In this document: positions 59,644 through 64,000 of the stretch, one piece after another | Layout: every line of letters starts with the position of its first letter | Numbering within the stretch: the first letter of the stretch is position 1 | Assembly (NCBI GenBank): GCA_030141605.1 | Contig: JAQGDQ010000436.1 | Coordinates: 124,001 to 188,000, forward strand | Origin: Tubiluchus corallicola | Lineage: Eukaryota > Animalia > Priapulida | Reading direction: 5' to 3' | Length of the DNA stretch: 64,000 nt | Translations under genes and position numbers: made by a program | The notes under the pieces: model-generated | Database searches by the model: none | The model's input: the letters and a program-made list of their open reading frames with translations, nothing else | Told to the model about the DNA's origin: nothing

Positions 59644-61950
59644 GCTGCTATACATGAGTAAAAATAATCTCTAATGCGAATCTCAGAAAAAAACAAAGAC
59701 ATTTTTTGAATTTTTAGGTTTATCCGGTAGGTCATAAACCAGACGCAGCAAACAAAACTTCAGACTTTGACCAAGCTGTCCAAGTTGCCAACACATTAAA
59801 AAGTCTAACAGTTTCTAGTCACGCTGCGGGACCCAGTAAGTTAGAAACGTTTTTGAACGCTGGCGATGTCCAAGGTGAGTCTGACTTTTTAGAACAAGTT
59901 TTTCTCTGTAGAACAAAAGTTTGTCTTCATTGGTTTTTTTTGCACTGATATTTCTTTGTCTCCGTTATCAGGGGTGAGAATTTTCCGCGAATACGCGGAA
60001 TTCCGAGTTTTTGGAAGACCAGTAGTGCCATTTTTGTAAATCGCGTAAATTCGTTGAGAAAATTTTTACGAACCCAGTACATTATTTCACAAGCTGACCG
60101 CTAGTTGGCAGGCCGTCACTTTGTTTACATCACGTACATCAGTGTAACCACGTGTATATCTCTATGTATAAAAATATAGAATCAATTGTGGGGAGTTATT
60201 TGAGTCAATTGCAGACAATTTTGCATAGAAGTGGCCAGTACTTAGGCGTTTTTGAGACAATTAGGTATCATGTATCCTTGATAGTTGGGTAATTAAATTA
60301 TGCATTAAATAAGGTAATTGATATTTTAAGTCCACTTGGAGGCTCTCTGTGGTCACACAATTGCAATTTGCTGCTGCCTACGCAGCCCCCAAACCCCCGG
60401 CCTGTTTCTTGCAAGTTGCGAGTTTCTTGCGAGTTTTTTGCAATTTGTCATTCTCATCCCTGCGTTATGCATTTTTTATGTTTCGTTTCTTTCGACTTTT
60501 TGTTAAGACACATTTTCCTTATTCCACATAGGACTTGCAATAATCAGTTCAAATTTTACTTAATTTTAATTTTAACTTTTCTTCTATATGAAGTGAAATT
60601 AAATGTATACGTGACAGTCATATTTGATGTTGTTGTTCAGTCACTTTGTTATGATTGAGTTTAGACACAGAGAAGTATGAATAGGAACCAAAAATCTATA
60701 ATTAATATTTGCACTGCACACAACAGAAAAGTGTTTATTGAACTACAGAAAACACGAGTAGCAAAACTGCTGCACTGAACATTGAGCAAAAACTAGAAAA
60801 GCAAAAAACAGTCAGTAAAACCTGTTTCACAGCCGGTATACAGGTATAGAACTTGACCTATGCAGAGTTGCACAGGCTTCACAACAGCCATTAATTTTAG
60901 ATAGGGAGAGGACCAGTGTGTATGTAGTCACTGGACCATACAATTATACTGAAGGTAAGTCAGCTGGTAGAATGTAACAAGATTAGCACATAGATGGCAG
61001 CACCTAACTACAATTTACATTTCCAACTTCCATAGTATAAATGTAATTAATTTACAGACTTTTGTTGACTTTCAGACACACATGTAAACTTGCCAGCATA
61101 CAGTAACTACCGGGTGGGTTACTTAGTTTATAGAGTTCGCTCTATAAGTCAAAAAAAGATTGTTGAAGCACTTGGCAGACTAACTGTTTATATCGCACGG
61201 TAACTAGATAGCGCCATTTTTCACCAAAATGAGAGCGCCCGAGCGTGAAGAGATCGCGATTTTTAATTGCAATTATTAATTACACGAGGCGCTTATCATA
61301 ATTTCATTGCTGAAACTTTCTAACATTTTTCTCAAATATTAGAATAAGCTCAGCTTCCCAAGAGACTTTGCTTTTGTTTTAATTTCGATGTCTATAGTTA
61401 AAAATAAATCATTTGTCACCAATATAAATAATTTGAAGTGATTAAAGACCACTATCTCTCACAGTCATTAGGCAACAGAGTTACATAAGTATTGTGATAT
61501 ACAGTTGCTTGTAAATACAGATTTTATTTTATGTTATTATGTTATGTTTTTGTATGTTATTATATAACATATTAACTGTACTTAATTAACTTGCAAATTA
61601 ATTCAGCAACTTGATAATAAAAAGCTCAGGAGAGGATGTTATGTTAACCCCATTCATTTTCAATCATAATGTTTTCTGTAATGAAGAAACAGTGTTTTTT
61701 TTACAATTTGATGTGTGCAGTCTTTTGAAAATTAAAAACTTTATGCAGTGTTTTTTATTTCGAAATAAGTCTGATTTTTATTTAAAATTTACAAAAAATT
61801 TATAAGCATTTGTTTGCCTTTTTAGCTATTGCAAAGCTTGTGGGAACTGCTAATGCTTTGCTGAATGATAACAGAACGAAGCATACTGAACCAACAGACA
61901 ATGAAAAAGAAAAGAAGGAACGTAAAGCTCTGTTAAATGTAAAAGCAGAG
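48765..61950 (+). CDS. Polycystin-1-like (PKD1L/REJ family) gene, internal exons covering part of the REJ domain; incomplete at both ends in this window
   Basis: Exons 48765-49003 (CLKNCLRKVNPDETLALRAVCTTC...FIWTVY), 52239-52334 (FTVNNAPIRGTCDVSPSKG), 54930-55064 (IALQTEFKIRCERFEDEDAPLTYTFYY), 56051-56196 (LPPGLQERNYSAQIFVIVSDTF), 59718-59874, 61826-61950; all GT-AG, phases compatible, no stops. Motif order matches the REJ module as recalled. Confidence 0.82.
49159..49335. repeat. 59-bp tandem repeat, 3 copies
   Basis: TGGTTTAACTTTGC.ATCTG..TTTTAC.C.AAATCATA.TCTCATAGTCAATCCACAT x3. Confidence 0.9.
50035..50516. mobile_element. pogo/Tigger-like MITE, copy 1
   Basis: TA-CAGTCAACCTCGGGTATAAG ... 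CTTATATCGGAGGTTGACT; internal TATAAGGGAC repeats; second, truncated copy at 57274-57662. Confidence 0.82.
50712..50848. repeat. 28-bp minisatellite, 5 copies
   Basis: GACCAGCCCATCTAAGACTACAATGTGA repeated. Confidence 0.92.
51070..52028. repeat. 74-bp minisatellite, about 13 copies
   Basis: TTATTCACACCCAATAGTAAAAAGGGTGTATAATAAAAGCAAA.ATTGTTTTATTTATTTTG... with 74-nt period. Confidence 0.95.
52405..52555. repeat. Degenerate (TG)n microsatellite
   Basis: Direct reading. Confidence 0.9.
53494..54838. repeat. 56-bp minisatellite, about 24 nearly identical copies
   Basis: TTACGAATTTGGTCAGTTGAGAATTGAATTTGGTGCAAAAGAGAGTTGAACATGTT repeated. Confidence 0.97.
55241..55368. repeat. Compound pentanucleotide microsatellite (TTACA)n(CCACA)n
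   Basis: Direct reading. Confidence 0.92.
56190..56915. repeat. 27-bp minisatellite, about 27 copies, beginning at an exon 3' boundary
   Basis: ATAAAGGTACTGTATCGTAAGTGTATG repeated; the first unit spans the donor of exon 56051-56196. Confidence 0.97.
57274..57662. mobile_element. pogo/Tigger-like MITE, copy 2, right end missing
   Basis: Colinear with 50035-50413, then replaced by the 29-bp array. Confidence 0.8.
57663..58195. repeat. 29-bp GC-rich minisatellite, about 18 copies
   Basis: GTACGTGGGCTTCCCAAGTAGGACGTGTC with variants. Confidence 0.93.
59315..59642 (+). mobile_element. tRNA-derived SINE with (TTA)n tail
   Basis: tRNA-like head with B box (GGAGGTCGTGAGTTCGAT), central ATACCAAAGACTTTAAAATGTTACCTGCTGTTGCCCTGCCTGGCGC, AATAAA and a long (TTA)n tail; partial second copy at 47611-47765. 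Confidence 0.8.
59969..60462. mobile_element. MITE with 6-bp TSD (hAT6-like), copy 2
   Basis: TIR CAGGGGTGAGAA / TTCTCATCCCTG; perfect TSD CGTTAT. Confidence 0.88.
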
Positions 61951-62069
61951 GTATGTTGCACTTTTATTAACATAATAATAATAAAGTTGTCGTTGTTTAT
62001 TCATAGCTTTCAGTTTTTATTGTTTTGCTATTATGTGTTACGATAGCACACACCTGTTGTTTTATTAAT

Positions 62070-62420
62070 AAGACCCCGTTTGAAACTACTACATATAATA
62101 ATCCTAATTACTGAATAATTGCATTGTTTTGTTTAGATTTAGTTATCTAGCTTTATTATTTTTTGTTTTCAGTTCTTTTTTGGATAATTTGTATCATTTA
62201 TACTGTTTTTGTTATTATTTTTTCTTATTTGTTTTTGTTTTTGACATCTGTAGCATCACTGTTAATTTTTAATATACTAATCTATTTATAAGAAAGGGCA
62301 GGAGACTAGATGACCCTATGGTCCTTCCCTGCCCTGCTCCATGATTATAATTAGTTAATATTTAACAAACTTTTGATGTTAAACTAATTGGAGAAAATAA
62401 ATGTTCTATGTCTATGTCTT
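62070..62420 (+). mobile_element. LINE 3' UTR fragment with terminal stem-loop
   Basis: T-rich tract, then AGGGCAGG..GACTAGATGACC..GGTC..CCTGCCCT (62295-62335) similar to 2527-2571, AATAAA and a short (TCTATG)n tail. Confidence 0.65.
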
Positions 62421-63119
62421 ATATAGATGCCATGTATGCCGTGTAGCTAATAAGTAATTTGATACCTGGATATTATAAGAAGTGAATGTACACCAGAGCT
62501 TTTACCAAGCAAAAATCAATCTCCTTTTTGAATTTGCATAAAACAAACGTACGAACTGCATCCATTTTAGTCGAAGAGATTTGTGTTTGGCAGGTTGTCA
62601 TTTGTGGTGTTGCCTGTTTAAAATCGCGTAAGATTTCACACAACGGCTTCAATTGTGCCAACACTCTGTTCTGTTACATCCTACTTGTGACGTAGGCATT
62701 AGTACTTAGTTGTTAGCCTCCGCCCAAGCTGTGCTTCCCTGTTGTAAGCAGCTGTAACATTATCACCTTTAGCTGATGAGTCTGTTGCTATGAAACTTCT
62801 TTACTGTTTTAAATAAAATTGTTTATTTTGCCTAAATCGGTACAGTTTGGTGTTTTCTGTTAGTGACTTTGTAATCTTTTGTTTGGTACACGAGTAAGCC
62901 TAGTGGCACAAAGCCAGCGAGAACGTCATTAACATGGCGGCTTCCTCGTAGTAACATGCGAGTGAAAACTGTTTGTAATGTGGCACTTAGATGCTTCTCT
63001 GACAATGAAATTAATTTCAAGTACACTGTAAACAATTATTATTTTGTGTAAGCGTGCCATCTGTGATTGCGTACGTTGGCTTCGGAAAGACAAGGTTTCG
63101 TAACATGGAGATGTAGTAA

Positions 63120-63822
63120 ATGTGGGTGTTTGGGTGTTGCTGTATGGGTGTTTGCATGCTGCTGTATGGGTGTTTGTGTTTGCTGTATGGGTGTTTGTGT
63201 TTGCTGTATGGGTGTTTCGGTTTGCCGCATGGGTGTTTGGGTTTGCTGTATAGGTGTTTGGGTTTGCTGTACGGATGTTGCTGTATGGGTGTTTGCATGC
63301 TGCTGTATGGGTGTTTGTGTTTGCTGTATAGGTGTTTCGGTTTGCCGCATGGGTGTTTGCATGCTGCTGTATGGGTGTTTGCGTTTGCTGTATAGGTGTT
63401 TCGGTTTGCCGCATGGGTGTTTGCGTTTGCTGTATGGGTGTTTGCGTTTGCTGTATGGGTGTTTGGGTTTGCTGTATGGATGTTGCTGTATGGATGTTTG
63501 TATGCTGCTGTATGGGTGTTTGCGTTTGCTGTATGGGTGTTTGGGTTTGCTGTATGGATGCTGCTGTATGGGTGTTTGTATGCTGCTGTATGGGTGTTTG
63601 CATGCTGCTGTATGGGTGTTTGTGTTTGCTGTATGGGTGTTTGTGTTTGCTGTATGGGTGTTTGCGTTTGCTGTATAGGTGTTTCGGTTTTCCGCATGGG
63701 TGTTTCGGTTTTCCGCATGGGTGTTTGCGTTTGCTGTATGGGTGTTTGGGTTTGCTGTATAGGTGTTTGGGTTTGCTGTATGGATGTTGCTGTATGAGTG
63801 TTTGGGTTTGCTGTATGAGTGT
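63120..63822. repeat. Complex GT-rich minisatellite (21-24 bp variant units with higher-order repeats)
   Basis: TGCTGTATGGGTGTTTG(T/C/G)GTT and variants; gives spurious ORFs in all six frames. Confidence 0.93.
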
Positions 63823-64000
63823 TTATTGTCTTTCGACACAAAATCTTATAGTTTATTCTGCGGTGTATATGCAGAGGTACTACAGTCTCAATTGTATAGA
63901 TGAGAATTCATAATCGTAACAATTTTGCATTGACGTGCATTTGTTAATCTAACCACAGTTCGGGGATGAAACTTTTGCGCTGATTCAGTGATAACTTCAT

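Noticed and set aside
62929-63913. Gln/Thr-rich and Cys-rich ORFs of 130-274 aa
   Set aside because: Open in nearly all frames because of a stop-poor minisatellite; no supporting splice structure.

Overview
AT-rich, intron-rich eukaryotic (metazoan, probably invertebrate) genomic DNA; most ORF-track entries are spurious and the real genes had to be assembled by hand from exons and GT-AG sites. In order: the 3' two-thirds of an intact CR1/L2-group LINE (1-2657); a complete 10-exon DDX47/Rrp3 DEAD-box helicase gene (+, 3690-14674); a head-to-tail array of non-autonomous Helitrons (15.2-18.0 kb); a 2-exon gene for a divergent secreted LRR protein (-, 20535-18496); a complete solo Helitron copy (20950-21827); a complete 18-exon HID1 gene (+, 23227-40942); an unusual Pax-type gene with only the PAI half of the paired domain plus an S50 homeodomain (+, 44469-47449); and six mutually in-frame exons of a polycystin-1-like (REJ domain) gene that starts mid-domain just after the Pax exons and runs off the window end (+, 48765->61950). 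The most notable feature is the Pax/REJ junction, which could be a nested gene, a chimeric transcript or an in-frame fusion. Introns carry many MITEs (TA, 8-bp and 6-bp TSDs), LINE/SINE fragments and minisatellites, one of which is an amplified splice donor. All homology calls are from recognition of motifs, not database searches.
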